A DNA stretch of 62,108 nt, counting the filler, from Hausera hauseri (Eukaryota): assembly GCA_046269625.1 (NCBI GenBank). It is 11 parts of 11 records of this genome, joined end to end, with 100 filler letters (N's around TTAATTAATTAA, not from the genome) between each part and the next. Parts side by side here need not be neighbours in the genome. Positions count along the whole stretch, not along the records: positions 9,858 to 17,279 come from JBJURY010015343.1; positions 17,380 to 22,650 come from JBJURY010294169.1; positions 22,751 to 28,462 come from JBJURY010200748.1; 8 more parts are not named here. One strand, written 5' to 3'. The first letter of the stretch is position 1. Every line of letters begins with the position of its first letter. Shown here piece by piece: positions 11,915-24,999 of the stretch. Below the pieces are notes generated by a model. The model did no database searches and was not told the origin of the DNA. It was given only the letters and a program-made list of their open reading frames with translations. The position numbers and the translations under genes were made by a program.

Positions 11915-11929
11915 CGGTTACCCCGAAGT
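11915..11929 (+). promoter_or_regulatory. Variant tRNA-Trp primer-binding site
   Basis: CGGTTACCCCGAAGT versus canonical tRNA-Trp PBS TGGTGACCCCGACGT. The same CGGTT variant is at 49266-49280 (minus). Confidence 0.55.
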
Positions 11930-12039
11930 TTAGGATTCGCCGCGGCGGGGCTAAAATCCCGGCCGCCCACCCTATTCCATTAGGTCGGACGGCACCGTTC
12001 GCTGACGCCCTACGACACGCCTCTAGTTATACGGCCACC

Positions 12040-13341
12040 TTATTTTCTCTCCTTTTTTCTAAACAATAAACAAATTAACACAATTGCATCAACACATGCA
12101 AACACCACAGACTTCTACAACGCCATCTCCACTTTTCTTCACTCATCTTACTTTTATATAACACACACAATGGCTCTACAATACCCATGGCTGGAACCCT
12201 ACAATCTTCTTCAACTTATATCCACCTTTATATACACTTCCGCATCCGCGGTGGCATGAATTCATCGCAAACCATAGACACCACCGATAAAACCACCACG
12301 AAACCAAAATCTGTAATACTCCTTCAAAAACTCACCCCTACTTTCGCTAATAACCTATCACCTACTACCGCTTCCGCTCCACTCCCTCATTGCGCTGAAT
12401 TCTTCATTGAAAACCAAGACTCTAGCAAAACTTCTTTGCAATTCCACCAATTGTGGCTACAAGCCAATAACGTCACTGATTTCTTAACTAAGGCACACAA
12501 CCTCCTCTTCTTACTCCCTAACAACATAAAAACTCGAATCCACAATATTATCGAAATCTTTGAACTTCCTGATCCATATTCAGAACTCTTCAACGCTGTT
12601 TTTAAGATCACAGAACCTTCAATGGACACGATAATACAACGTTTCTTCCACGACAATGCTATAGGCGCACAACGACCATCAGACTTTTTACGCACCTTTT
12701 TAGCATATCTACAAACCCTCGGCGTCGCTAAAGAACACAACCCAGAACTACTGTGCCACTACTTTCTCAACGCATTACCCATCCAAATTCGGGCCCTACT
12801 TACCGTGGTGGAGGACTCCGCGGCTCTTGAATAATTGGTCGAATTAGCCGACAAGACACATGACGTTCTACACTTAAACTCCCCATCAATCGTTTCGGCA
12901 GAAGTTGCCGCTAACGGTATTCAAAACAATAACATATCAATAGAGCAACAACTACATCAGTTACGTGCCGAAAATACAGCACTGCAAGCAACAATTAACA
13001 ATATAAACAACAAATTAAACGATCTTTCCCTGTCCCGGCGAAGGGATTTTGTTGCTGACCGCGCCAATTCTGCATCTAGAAACCGGTCATCATCGCCTGC
13101 GCGGTCGTCTATCTGCTACTACAACGGAAGATTCAGTAAGAATGCCAAGAAATGCTGCTTAAGGTGCAAATTTTATAATAAAAGCTTTTCTCAGACACCG
13201 TTCTTTGCATTTACCACGCAAAGTTTAAAAATCAAGCCCGTAAATGCATTCGAGGCTGCACTTTCAAAACAAATACGAACGACGGACGTGCTATCTTTTC
13301 TTCTAATAGTCGTTCTAGTTCATCTTTTCAAAGAAAACTAA
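12040..13341 (+). pseudogene. Ubiquitin-like domain fused to Gag (frameshifts and stop)
   Basis: Restored FSLLFLNNKQINTIASTHANTTDFYNAISTFLHSSYFYITHNGSTIPMAGTLQSSSTYIHLYIHFRIRGG|MNSS, then Gag homologous to 47897-49195. Confidence 0.8.
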
Positions 13342-13396
13342 ATTTGCCGCCAGAAGTTACGGCAAACTCTGGCAAAGGTACTACTACACCTTCTGA

Positions 13397-16300
13397 ATGC
13401 CGACACGCCTTTTTGCTATCTTTACTCTAAAGACTGCAATCACCGCTCCTACAATGCAATCCGTTGATTTCTTCATTGATACAGGTGCAGCAATTTCTTT
13501 ATTACCACAAACTTCTCCTGCCAAAAATTCACCATTCAGAATTAAGTTCTTATACACCGCTTCAGGTCAACCGCTGCACATTTCTGGCATGGCTAAACTA
13601 TCTTTTATTTTACCAAAATTTCCTTCACCTTTCCACTGGACGTTTACAGTTGATAACGTCCAGACGGAAATTCTAGGATCCAATTTCCTATCGCATTATA
13701 ATTTATTGGTTGACTTCAGTCAACGATGTCTGAGGAGCGGCATCACGGGCAGCGTTAATGAGTATATAAATAGCGTTTCAGCTACCGTGCAGTCGATCGA
13801 GACGCGGAGATCAATTTTGAGAAAATCAAAATATAATTCGAATTTTTCTAACAATAATTCATTTTGTAACTTTTTAAATCATAGTATTGACATTCAGTCG
13901 AGATTTAATGTCGCTAATTATGGTGCTGTCGCCGACGTTGATTCACTTGACAAAATCACTTCATCCAACACCATTTTCAATTCGACCATCTTACACCAAA
14001 TACCACTCGACCGCACACCACCAAAGAATTCACAAATTGCATTTGCTACTATTCAAGCTGTTTTACCATCATCACCGAACCTCTCAGAGTTGCCTACAAC
14101 GTTAGATCAATTCGCCAAAACATTATGTCCACGAGTACTCAAAAAAGATTGTACGTTTACTCCTGCAAACAGCATTGTACATCACATAATTAAACAACAT
14201 CAACGACCAATACGCCAAAAGGTACGACCACTGTCACCTCGTCGTAGTCAGGCCGTAGAAGCCGAATTTCTTGAACTAGAACGCTCCAGCATTGTACGCC
14301 GTTCCAAATCTCCTTGGTGGTCACCTTTATGTCATACAAAAAGGGACGGAACTTTTAGACCATGCGGTGATTACCGACAGTTGAACAAAGTGAAACTTAT
14401 GGATGCATACCCCCTGCCACTCATAACGCTTATTTTGCATCGCCTTAATTCAACCGCAATTTATTCGACCGTCGATTTAGCCAAAACATACCACCAAATA
14501 CCAATTCACCCGAAGACATGGAAAAGACTACTCTCACCACTCCTTTTGGCGTCTATGAGTATCTGTTTATTCCATTCAGTTTGTGAAATGCCGCACAGAC
14601 TTTTCATCGACATATCGACTCAATTCTCTCAGATTTCCCATTTGCACACCCTTACATTGATGATGTTCTGATTGTTTCGTCTTCAGCCAAACAACCCGAA
14701 GAAGAACTTCGCGCAATATTCCAACGCCTTAATCACCATAATCTCCAAGTCAATTTTGATACATGCCATTTCTTCAAAAATCGCATCAACTTTTTAGGCT
14801 ACGTTATTTTGCCAGACAGCCACGCTCCCCAACCAGACCGAATTGAAGCTCTTAAGAACATCTAGTTACCACGTACGACCACTGAAATGCGCAGGTTTCT
14901 TGGTACATTACACTTTGTACATAAATATATACCATATTTCTCTGAATTGACAGCACCATTTGCACACTTAAGCGGCGGCAAAAAACATCAGCCAATCCAG
15001 TGGACACCTAAGTTGGTAGACAAATTTGATAAATTACGCGAAGGAATTAAGACCGTCGACATTCTCGCTTTCAATAAGCCTGATGCGGAACTCATCCTGA
15101 CTACAGACGTTTCAACTACTACCGTAGGTGCTGTACTTCTACAAATCCACAAAGGAGAAAAGCAACCCCTAGAATTTTTTTCTCGTAAGCTAACATCCCC
15201 TGAAATTAGATATTCAACGTTCGATCAAGAATTGTTGGCTATGGGTCTCGCTTTAAAGTATTTTCCCACCTACTTGTCGCTCGCCATTTTACTATACAAA
15301 CCTATCACAAGGCCTTGCTAAACATCATGGCTATGAAACATGCTTCCACACGCCAAGAACGACAGATATCATACTTATCGACATTTAACTTCGGGATAAA
15401 ACATATTAACGGGCTTAATAATTTAGTTGCCGATTTTTTATATAGGTCGGTTAGTTCGGTTAATTTTTCACCAATCTTTACTCAAGCACAACTTCAATAG
15501 AACGAGCCACCTTAGGACATGCTTAATTCTTTTAAGTCTTGCGCAACTGTTGACGACGTGGCTTTAGACACTTCCAACTCAGGTCATTCCATAATAATTC
15601 TTGCTGCACCATTGCAAAGGCAAGCATTTAATAGCGTACATTCGCTACACCACCCTGGTGCTAAAGCCACTTTTCGTTTACTCCACCGACAAGTAGTTTG
15701 GCCGCCAATGCATTCTGATGTGCAGGCATGGGTTAAGGAATGTGACTTGCCAAAAATACAAAACAACTAAGCATTTATAGCCACCACTGTTCCACTTTCC
15801 CTACACATCGCGTTTTGAATCCGTGCATACCGACATCGTTGGCCCTATTCCTCCAGACAACGGCCGTCAGTTCATTCTCACCATGATGGACCGTTCCTCG
15901 CGATGGCCAAAAGCCATCCTTCTACGGAGCACAAACACCGACACCGTAGCTGACGTTTTCATTCGTACATGGATTAGCAGGTTTGGATCACCTCGTTTCA
16001 TCATTACAGAGCAGGGTACACAGTTTGAATCAAACCTGTTCAAATCCTTTGTTAACCGATTGGGAATCCATCACATACATACTACGCCTTATCACCCCCA
16101 ATCAAATGGCCTTTTAGAATGTTTCCACCGAACATTGAAAACGTCACTAAGAATCTTTACAGAGTCCAACACTAAATAAACGAATCTTCTTCCGTTTGTT
16201 CTGCTTGGCTGGCGGATCACTCCGTCTACTTCTACAGGATGCTCACCCACTGAAGCCTTATTCGAAGCTCCTGTACGATCATTATTCGAACTAACTGCCT

Positions 16301-17029
16301 TAGACGACACTCTTACAGATGAAACGATACGGGCGGAGCAAAATTACTTCGTTACGATCAGCAAAGATTCGTTCTGCAGGTTACTACACAAAGAAAAGAA
16401 CATATTTTCCTGAAGATTTGTATTCAGCAAAATTAGTATGGCTAAAAACTCAAACGCCGTGCGGTTTCCAGCCGCGGTATCTGGGGCCCTATAAACTGTT
16501 ACAGCTGCATTCACACGACACTATTATTGCTAAAGATGGCAGAGACCTTACAGTGCATATTACCAACTTGAGGCCCGTCTTCTTCTTCGACGACACTTCA
16601 CCAATCTACACGTCAACCTCTTTTTTCACTCCCGCACTTCCTGCTGTTCTTATATCTGTTGCTATACTTGTTCCACCTTCTCATTCTGCTCCTAGTTCTG
16701 CTTCATCATTTTCCAAACCTTTTACTTCTATTCCTATCTCTCTTCCTATTTCTACCAATACCTCTGTTTCATTTTCTACTTCTACTCTTGCACCTAATAC
16801 AATTCCAATTTCTACTCCAATTTTCGTCTCTCCTCCTTCATCCGCCACTACACCTTTGGTCAGTCCTTTGCCTTCTAACATTCACTTGAATATCTCCAAC
16901 CGTCCGTCTCCAACAATCTCTCTTTCCTCTTCACCTTCTTCTTCTATTCATTCTGACTCGTCTCTGCACGACACAACACTCACAACAAAATCTGAAAATT
17001 TTTTCCCCAACTTAAAACTCTGCAAGTAA
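13397..17029 (+). pseudogene. Pol (PR-RT-RNaseH-IN) with S/P/T-rich tail, fragmented
   Basis: ORF-track fragments 13397, 14887, 15315, 15519, 15823 and 16319 align collinearly with the intact Pol at 45097-47810. Confidence 0.92.
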
Positions 17030-17379
17030 ACACATCGCATACAAACAAACCACGCAGTCACATTTAGCATGTATAGCAGGGAAAAATCAGCAGAGGAAAC
17101 CCAACGTCTTGTTCACACTAAGACCGACTGAAACAAACTATTCCGTTTGGCGATTTTTTCTTTTTGTCTATTTTACTCTGATAGTTTTAATCTAGCCACG
17201 GGGGTGATGTGGTGCCCACCGCGGTCGGTGCCCTTTGGCCCATTTTGTTTGAACGTGGCCGGATGTCTGTTATCGCCGCNNNNNNNNNNNNNNNNNNNNN
17301 NNNNNNNNNNNNNNNNNNNNNNNTTAATTAATTAANNNNNNNNNNNNNNNNNNNNNNNNNNNNNNNNNNNNNNNNNNNN

Positions 17380-20300
17380 GGGAAATGAGGTACGTTAAGG
17401 ACCGATATGAAATCAGGATCCCATGGATGGAGAATCCACAGAATTTGCCAAGTAACTACCGGATCGCTAAAAGCCGTTGTCGTTGCTAGAGAATAAATTG
17501 GGAAAAGATTTGGAATTAAAGGAAGGCTATCAAAAGCAAATAGTCGAACATGAGAAAAAAGGGTATATAAAAGAGGTAACAAATGAAATGGAAAACAATA
17601 CGACGGGATGGCGTCTACCTCATTTCCCAGTCGTGAGAAGAAATGCTGAAACGACGAAGATTAGAATCGTGTTTGACGCAGCTTCAAAGTGTATGGGAAT
17701 TAGCTTGAATGAAGTGATCCATCAAGGACCAAAATTGCAGTTAAATCTAGTGGATATATTGATCAGGTTCAGGAAACAAAATTGCCATGGTATGCGATAT
17801 CACAGAGATGTTCTTACAAATTGGAGTGGCACCAGAGGATCGAAATTTCTTAAGATTCCTTTGGAAAGATGGAGAATGTGTAAAAGTTTATGAGTTTCAA
17901 CGATTGATGTTCGGATTGAATGCAGCACCTTACTTGGCGCAATTGGTAAGTCGGGTAAACGCGGAGAAGTACGAAAAAGAAGTACCCGAGGCGGCTTGGG
18001 TTGTTACAAATGCTACATATATGGACGATAATTTAGTGTCTGTTAGGACAGAAGAAGAAGCTATAAAGATGTATCAAGGATTGAAATGGTTATTGAGTCA
18101 GGCTGAGATGTCTGCAAGGAAGTGGGTATCAAATTCTGAGAAGTTACGTGAGATCATACTAGAAGATGAAAGGTCGGCGTGCTACCAGATAGTATAGGAA
18201 GAGACGAAAACCAAAACTCTGGGGATGAGGTGGAATGCCAACAGTGACGTGTTCTCATTCGATAGAAGGGTCTAGTCAGAAGAGATAACTACAAAGAGGA
18301 AGTTCTTGAGCTCGGTAGCAAAAATATTTGACCCATTAGGATTTCTTAGCAGTTACCTAATGAAAGGAAAATTAATCATCCAAGAGATGTGGATGCACGG
18401 TGCAGATTGGGATGAACAGCTTTCAGACCACTTAATCAGACGAGCGAAAGAATGGGTAGCAGAACAACAGGATTTAGATAAGATTCAAATAAAACGTGCC
18501 TTAATATCAGACCAGTCCCAGTATGAGGTACATATATTCTGCGATGCATCTAAAGATGCCTATGGGGCGGTCGCTTATTTGGTCACAGCAGGAGAAAAGA
18601 GAATTAGCAACATAATAGCGGCGAAAAGTAAGATAGCGCCCACAAAGGTGGTGTCAGTGCCACGGTTGGAATTATTAGCAGCTGTAATAGGGATAAAAAT
18701 GGGACAGAAGATATCAACAGCGTTGGAATATGATATTAGTAAATTGTGTTATTGGAGTGATAGTATGGATGTACTGCACTGGGTAAGGCAGCACGGAAAA
18801 CTATATAAGACATTTGTGGCAAATAGGATTAGTTATATTCAAGAATGGTCAAATGGAGGTCAATGGAAATATGTTCCGACAAAGATTAACCCGGCGGATA
18901 TTCTAACTAGAAGCTTTACAATAAATCAGTTAGCCGAGAACCAGTTGTGGTGGCAGGGACCAGAATTTTTAATTCAACCAAAGGAAAAATGGCCTATACA
19001 ACCAGTTATTGAAGAGGGTCCTGACAAGGAGAAGAGGAAATTCACGTTACTTACGAGCAATTCAGCTGAACAAGCAACTTTAGAAGAGACGGAACGAGAG
19101 AGCTCGAGGTGGACCCAACTTATACACGCGAAAGTTAAAGAGTTGAAAACTAACCGGACTGAAGATCATAACAAAGTGGATGAAAGTCAGTTGTTTAAAG
19201 AGGCCAGAATACAGCTACTGAAGGAAGACCAACAGAACGAATTGGCTGAGGAGTTAAAAGCATTGGTAAAAGGTATAGAACTAAAAGGGAGGAGTTTGAT
19301 TAGAAGAGCCAACCCGATAATCACTGCAGACGGACTAATTAGAAGCAATAGTAGACTGGTAACGAACGAGTTATTTCTGTGGGAATTTAAATATCCAGTC
19401 ATCCTACTTAACAAGGGTAAAGTAGCCAGACTCCTCATGGAACATTACCACCTGAAATTGAAGCACTGCGAAGGAATAAACCATCAAATGTCGGAGATTT
19501 CAGAAAAATATTGGATTCCAAGGTTAAGAAAGCTGATCAAAGGATACAATGCGTATTGCAAGAGATGTAGAGAGTATAATGCCAAAGGAATAAAAGTTCA
19601 GATGGCCCCAATTCCAAAGTTTCGGTTACAAGAACCGTTGAGAGCCTTTGACAAAGTAGGGATTGATTACACCGGGCCCATATTTACGAAGCACGGTCGA
19701 GATAGACCCAGAGAGAAAAGGTACGTCTGCTTATTTAACTGCTTATTGAGTAGAGGAGTGCATTTAGAGGTTGCTACAAACTTGGAAACAGATGCCTTCA
19801 TACGAGCATTTCAACGATTTATGGCTAGGCGAGGAAAACCCTCTCTCGTGATAACAGATAATAAAACTAACTTTGTAGGTGCTAACAAGGACGTTGTAGA
19901 GATAAGAGTAGACACGTACAGAATAAAACAGGAGTTAGAGCCAGGGGAGATTAGATGGATATTTAATCCGCACTCAGCACCGCATTTTGGAGGAATATTT
20001 GAGACAATGATTAAAGCTACCAAAATAGCATTTTATAAAACACTGTCAAACGCGGAGATAAACGATGAAGAATTGAATACTGCGCTGATCGAGGTAGAGG
20101 CAATATTAAACTCCAGACCTTTAACCGTACCATCCGGAGATGAAAGAGATGACGTCCTATTGTCGCCGAACCACTTCATAATAGCTGGGTATCGAGGTGA
20201 AATGGATATTAGTTTGACAGGAACTACGAAGTCACAGATGAATAAGCGTTGGAGATACGTGCAAAATCTAGCCGACCGATATTGGGAGAGGTGGAAGAAA

Positions 20301-20618
20301 GAATTGTTATTAAGATGGCGAGATAGGTCGAAATGGAATTCCGATGGAAATGTCCTAATGGTGGGTGACGAGGTATGGCTTTTAGATGACAACGATAAAA
20401 GAAAGCAGTGGCCGGTAGGAAAAATAACAAAAACCTTTCCAGGTCCAGATGGAAAGGTTCGAGTAGCAGAATTAAGAATCGGATCCGAAATAATGACTAG
20501 GCCAGTGAATAAAATGTGCAAGATTGAGAGGAAATTAGAAGATTGGGTGGGTTGTGACATATTTATAAAGACCCGATTACCCCAAGGAGGGGGGAAATGT
20601 TGGAACCCGACTGATTAG
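17380..20618 (+). pseudogene. BEL/Pao LTR retrotransposon pol (RT, RNase H, integrase)
   Basis: LPHFPV..TTKIRIVFDAA, DITEMFLQI, MFGL..AP, YMDD, FDPLG, HIFCDAS, AAKSKIAP..VPRLEL, WSDS, INPAD, GIDYTGP, VHLEV, PHFGGIFE, LNSRPL. The integrase reads through the PPT into the LTR. Confidence 0.95.
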
Positions 20619-20930
20619 TTGGGTAATCCGGGGAGTGTGAAAAAGATAAAGGAGTAGGGGATGTAAATAAAGATGTAATTGCATAGTGTATATAGGTATG
20701 TTTGTGAGTTTGCATATTGTTTGAGTTGAATATAAGAGATTGTAGAAAAATAAGGGTTGTATGGAGCGTATGGACTGTTGGAAATTGTATGCATGGTTTA
20801 TGTAGATTGTCTGGTGTAGAAAGAGGATGCCCTGAACATGTGTGATTGTGATATGACCTCTGGCAGGGTTCGGAAGACTGAGAGAGCAATAGTAGCCATG
20901 GTTTACCGGGAGTCGAAAGCCGTTAGACGG
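20598..20930 (+). mobile_element. BEL/Pao 3' LTR (right boundary approximate)
   Basis: Polypurine tract aaggaggggggaaa immediately followed by TGTTGG at 20598. Confidence 0.55.
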
Positions 20931-20950
20931 TCGTTATTGTTTTATAATAG

Positions 20951-22366
20951 CATGTCGAAGACAAGTGTACAAACAACACGCTCCAAGGTAAACTAGATGA
21001 AGATTGTATTCTCGGACCAATTGTCAGTTCATGCGTCAAGAAGACATGTACCTCACCGGAAATACTCATAGACAACAAATGCGTACGAGTGGATGAGTTA
21101 TGTTTAACGAAGAAATGTGGTGAAAATGCCGTATGCAAAGTAGATAATAATGAATCAAGTTGTGTCTGCGATTCGGGATATTCCGGAGATGGAGAATCAT
21201 GTTACGATACCGATGAATGTTCGCCTCATTCTGTGACTTGTCCGAATAATTCCCGATGTAAAAATGTTGTTGGATCATACTACTGTGATTGCATTCCTGG
21301 ATTCGAACGACAAAACTCAGACAGTTCATCTATTCCCTGCACCGATATTGACGAATGCAAAGGGCCGAACGTTTGTGGTAACAACGCTAACCGTACCAAC
21401 ACCGCTGGATCGTTCTCATGTAATTGCAATCCCGGGTATACCGGTGATGGACAGTTTAATTGCCGTCTGGACTTTAGCTGTAATCAATATGGTGGTTGTG
21501 ATGATCACGCATCGTGCATTTTCAGCTCTCAAACAGTAACGTATAAGTGCTGATGTAACACCGGTTACTCAGGGGATGGTGTAAAGCAATGCACCAAGAT
21601 TGGTTTGTGCCAAGATACGACGCAACCGAAATGTAGTCAGAATGCAATATGTGTAGAGTCGAATGATTCATATACTTGTGTATGTCCTCAAGGTTACCAT
21701 GGTGATGGTTACAATTTTTGCTTGAATATCGATGAATGTTCTTCACCAACATTTAATAATTGTTCGAAGTTAGAGAAATGCATCAATACAAATAGTACTT
21801 ATACGTGTGTCTGTAAAGATGGTGCAGCGTTGGTCAATGGACAGTGCCAAGATGTTGACGAATGTAGTGGAACTGGCAAATCAAAATGCTCGCCATATGC
21901 TGTGTGCAACAACACCGTAGTCAGCTATTCATGTAGCTGCAAAGACGGCTACACCGGTGACGGAATCACATGCTCCGACATCGATGAATGTAAATTGGGA
22001 ATGGCAAATTGCAGCGTTAACGCTCTCTGTATAAACAAGCCGGATACGTTTTCTTGTGAATGTCAGGCTGGAACGGTGGGTAATGGTACGACTTGCACTG
22101 ACATGGACGAGTGGCAGAAGTCGAATGGAACTTACGTTAATGCACTATGTGACAAGAATGCGGAGTGTAAGAATAAAAATCCGGGATATTCGTGCACTTG
22201 CAATGATAGATATATTGGAACTGGATACACCTGCGTCAAACCCAACCCATGCAATAAACCAGCAGCTTGTCCGACAAATGAGACCTGTTATCCGGTCTAC
22301 GAAAAGAATACCGTTATCTGTGATTGCAAAGATGACAAGTGCGACTGTACATACATAAATATATAA
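20951..22366 (+). pseudogene. Tandem EGF / calcium-binding EGF repeat protein (fibrillin/nidogen/uromodulin-like), one long exon
   Basis: About ten EGF modules (DIDEC..C.N..GSY.C.C..GY.GDG..C) in one frame from a ttttataatag acceptor. One TGA at 21551-21553 and Cys losses (ANRTN, DEWQK). Confidence 0.85.
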
Positions 22367-22750
22367 ATATATTGTATTATATAAATATTGATAAATATAT
22401 ATAGATAGATAGAAATCTACTACTGCTATAGCAGTAGAATGGAAAATTGATCATAAATTTGCAAATTATGAAATGTATGATTGCTGATTTAAAAGTCCTG
22501 TTACGGACCAAATCAGAAATTGTGAAATTTGAGAAAACTACGAAAATTTATAAAGAAATTGGTGTCTCATTCAATCCAGAAAACCTTGAAGGTCAGAGGT
22601 GTAAATTCTCACCAAGCGGGGTGAAGAATTTTAGTCAGAAAAGACAAATGNNNNNNNNNNNNNNNNNNNNNNNNNNNNNNNNNNNNNNNNNNNNTTAATT
22701 AATTAANNNNNNNNNNNNNNNNNNNNNNNNNNNNNNNNNNNNNNNNNNNN

Positions 22751-23062
22751 TGGGTATCAGTTTGTGTTTTCGTGCTTATCATATGTGGTTTGGGCGTTTG
22801 GGTGAATTTAGGTTGTTTCTTGATTGGTTTGGGCCTATACCTGCGGTTGGTATACTGGGGTTGAGGTGGAGGCTGAAGGACAGTAGGTCTTTGTAGTGCA
22901 GGAAGAGGGTGATAGTGTGACCAGGAATATGATAGTGGTAGTTCAGGGAAGTAGCCTCCACTGGACACAGAAGAGACACATTTGGTGGCTTTAACGGGCC
23001 TAAATTTGGTGCGTAGATACTGAGTGTAAAGAGTCAAGATACTCGATCTTATATTGATCAAT
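22751..23062 (-). repeat. Second copy of the N-terminal coding region of the Ulp1-bearing ORF
   Basis: Direct repeat of 28152-28462 (LTLY.QYLRTKFRPVK.TKCVS.VS.GGYFPELPL.YSWSHYHPLP), offset about 5.4 kb. Confidence 0.9.
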
Positions 23063-23922
23063 TTTTCTTTATGTATATACTTCCTAAGTAGAGAACATAT
23101 ATATTCTGCAGATTCAAATGGGTACCTACAGTTTCATATATTGTAAATAATAAATTCAATAGCAGCTGCAGGCTTTCGGAGCCACTGCACGCGAAATCCA
23201 GATAACCAAATGAAAGAGCAGGTCCGAAAACCCTTACTCGACTACCGGCTTGCAGATTTTGCGTTATTGCAGTATTCGCCAAGATCCTAATCATTCCTAT
23301 ATACGAGAGCCAAATGTCCTGGCCAAGGTAACTAGCATAATCAGGGAGTATAGCCAGGACAAGGGGCTCAAGGGTAGAGATTTTGGTGCAAATTGTTTTG
23401 TGGTCTATTTTAATTGTAATATTTATCTTTATATTTATCTTACTGTATTTAAGACTTACTCCGAAAGCCTCTACTCTTCTTGTTTTTAGTGTTTCAGAAA
23501 GGGTACTGACGAAGCAACAGTAGCCTATTTTAAATCTTTGTTCAATGACTGATATAGTGTTTTGGAGCCACTGCACGCCAAAACCACCAAATGGAAGAGC
23601 AGGTCCGAAAACCCTTACTCGACCATACGCTAGCAGACCTCGCGTGATTGTAATATTCACCAAAATCCTAACTATTCCTATATAAGAGAGCCCAATGTCT
23701 TGGTCAAGGTAACTATCATAATCAAGGCGTATAGCCAGAACAAGGGGCTCAATGGCAGAAATTTCTCTGTATATTATGTTGTAACTTATTCTACTAGTCA
23801 TATTCATCCTATTGTATTGAAGAGTTATTCCGCAAAGTTTTATTCTTATAGCATTTGCTCTTTCAGACAGGGTACTGACAAAACACCAGTTCATATTTAA
23901 AGCACAGTGTGTATTACACAAT

Positions 23923-23962
23923 GTTCTAGAATATTCTAGAAGATTCCAGAATGTTCTAGAAC
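23923..23962. promoter_or_regulatory. Perfect heat-shock element, eight contiguous inverted nGAAn pentamers
   Basis: gTTCtaGAAtaTTCtaGAAgaTTCcaGAAtgTTCtaGAAc. Followed on the minus strand by TTTAAATA (23894-23901) and an Inr-like TCAGT (23874-23878). Confidence 0.8.
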
Positions 23963-24999
23963 ATACTATATGGGTTAGTGAAATTAAAAGTTGTTTAAAT
24001 TCGCTGAATGCGAAAAATTTTAAAAATTAAAAAAAGCTTGGCAGATTGTCGAGCTTATATCCTGAGAACTGCTGAACCTATTTTCATGATCTTTGGCTCG
24101 TCAAACTAGGCATGAAATTTTCAATAAATCACTATAAAAATGTATTTTAAAATATAAAAAATTGGGATGCAGAGATTTTGACTTTCCTCCGGTCGGCAAT
24201 ACCTGAATTTACTCAAATTGCAATAACTTTCGATGCGTTGGGAATCTGTAGAAACCAGACACTTTGGCCCAAAGATCTGGAAACGGAACATTTTTGTACA
24301 TGTACAGTTGTAGTTTAGCAATGGTTTGAAACTTCTGAAAAATTAATCCCATAAGATAAACTTTTCAAAAATTATTTTATGTTGCCATTGGACATTATTA
24401 AATAAATTAGATAAAATGTGTTGCCGATCGGAAGTAAAATCGACGTATTTTAAATGGAAATGTAAATTACAATTACAGTCATGGGCTTTGTATTTAAAGT
24501 ATGTAAACGAAAAAATAGCCCATGGTTTGCATATATTAAAAAAAACTCAAGTAATTACCTTGAATAATTACTGCTACTGCGAAAAGAAAATATTCCGTTA
24601 TCGTTACTGGCAATACGACTGGCATGAGCAGTAAATATCCAATGATCACAAGTAGAGATGCGACAGTCATGGGAAGACTCCTCCGCAGTAAGCATTCGTC
24701 AGTAGTAAGAACTGAACTCGTATGATTCTCCGAATACCCATAGACGGAAATGTAATTCCCGATTCTTCTTTTCTCGTTTTGAATATGTAAACTTGTGTCA
24801 TGTGAGAGACACAAGAATGGCTCCAGATCGATCGTTCGAGTAGCGATTCCGGCGTCGTCAGTAGTAATACTCAGATCCCAGTCTTTCTTCACCTTCAGAT
24901 GAAGAGAAGTGGAATTTGAGTTTCTTTCTTCTTTTTCGACTACACTGAGACATTCCTCGTGCGCGCGACAAGATCGCTGTGGCAGAAAAAATTTTCGGC

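Larger units (their letters stand above)
11796..17279 (+). mobile_element. Ty3/Gypsy CsRN1-type LTR retrotransposon, family A copy 1 (decayed), with UBL-Gag and inverted termini
   Basis: Gag with CHCC-type knuckles, PR FFIDTGA, RT RPCGDYRQLN / YIDD, RNase H LTTDVS, integrase VHTDIVGP..HPQSNG, GPY, PPT at 17200-17207 followed by TGTGGTGCCC. Confidence 0.9.

Noticed and set aside
11930-11950. Second FRIRRGG motif in ORF 11824-12069
   Set aside because: Not conserved in copy 2 (FGAIPVG) and lies in the GC-rich leader; probably coincidence.
21551-21553. In-frame TGA in the EGF array as selenocysteine
   Set aside because: It sits at the variable x of C-x-C, no SECIS was seen, and other Cys losses indicate decay.
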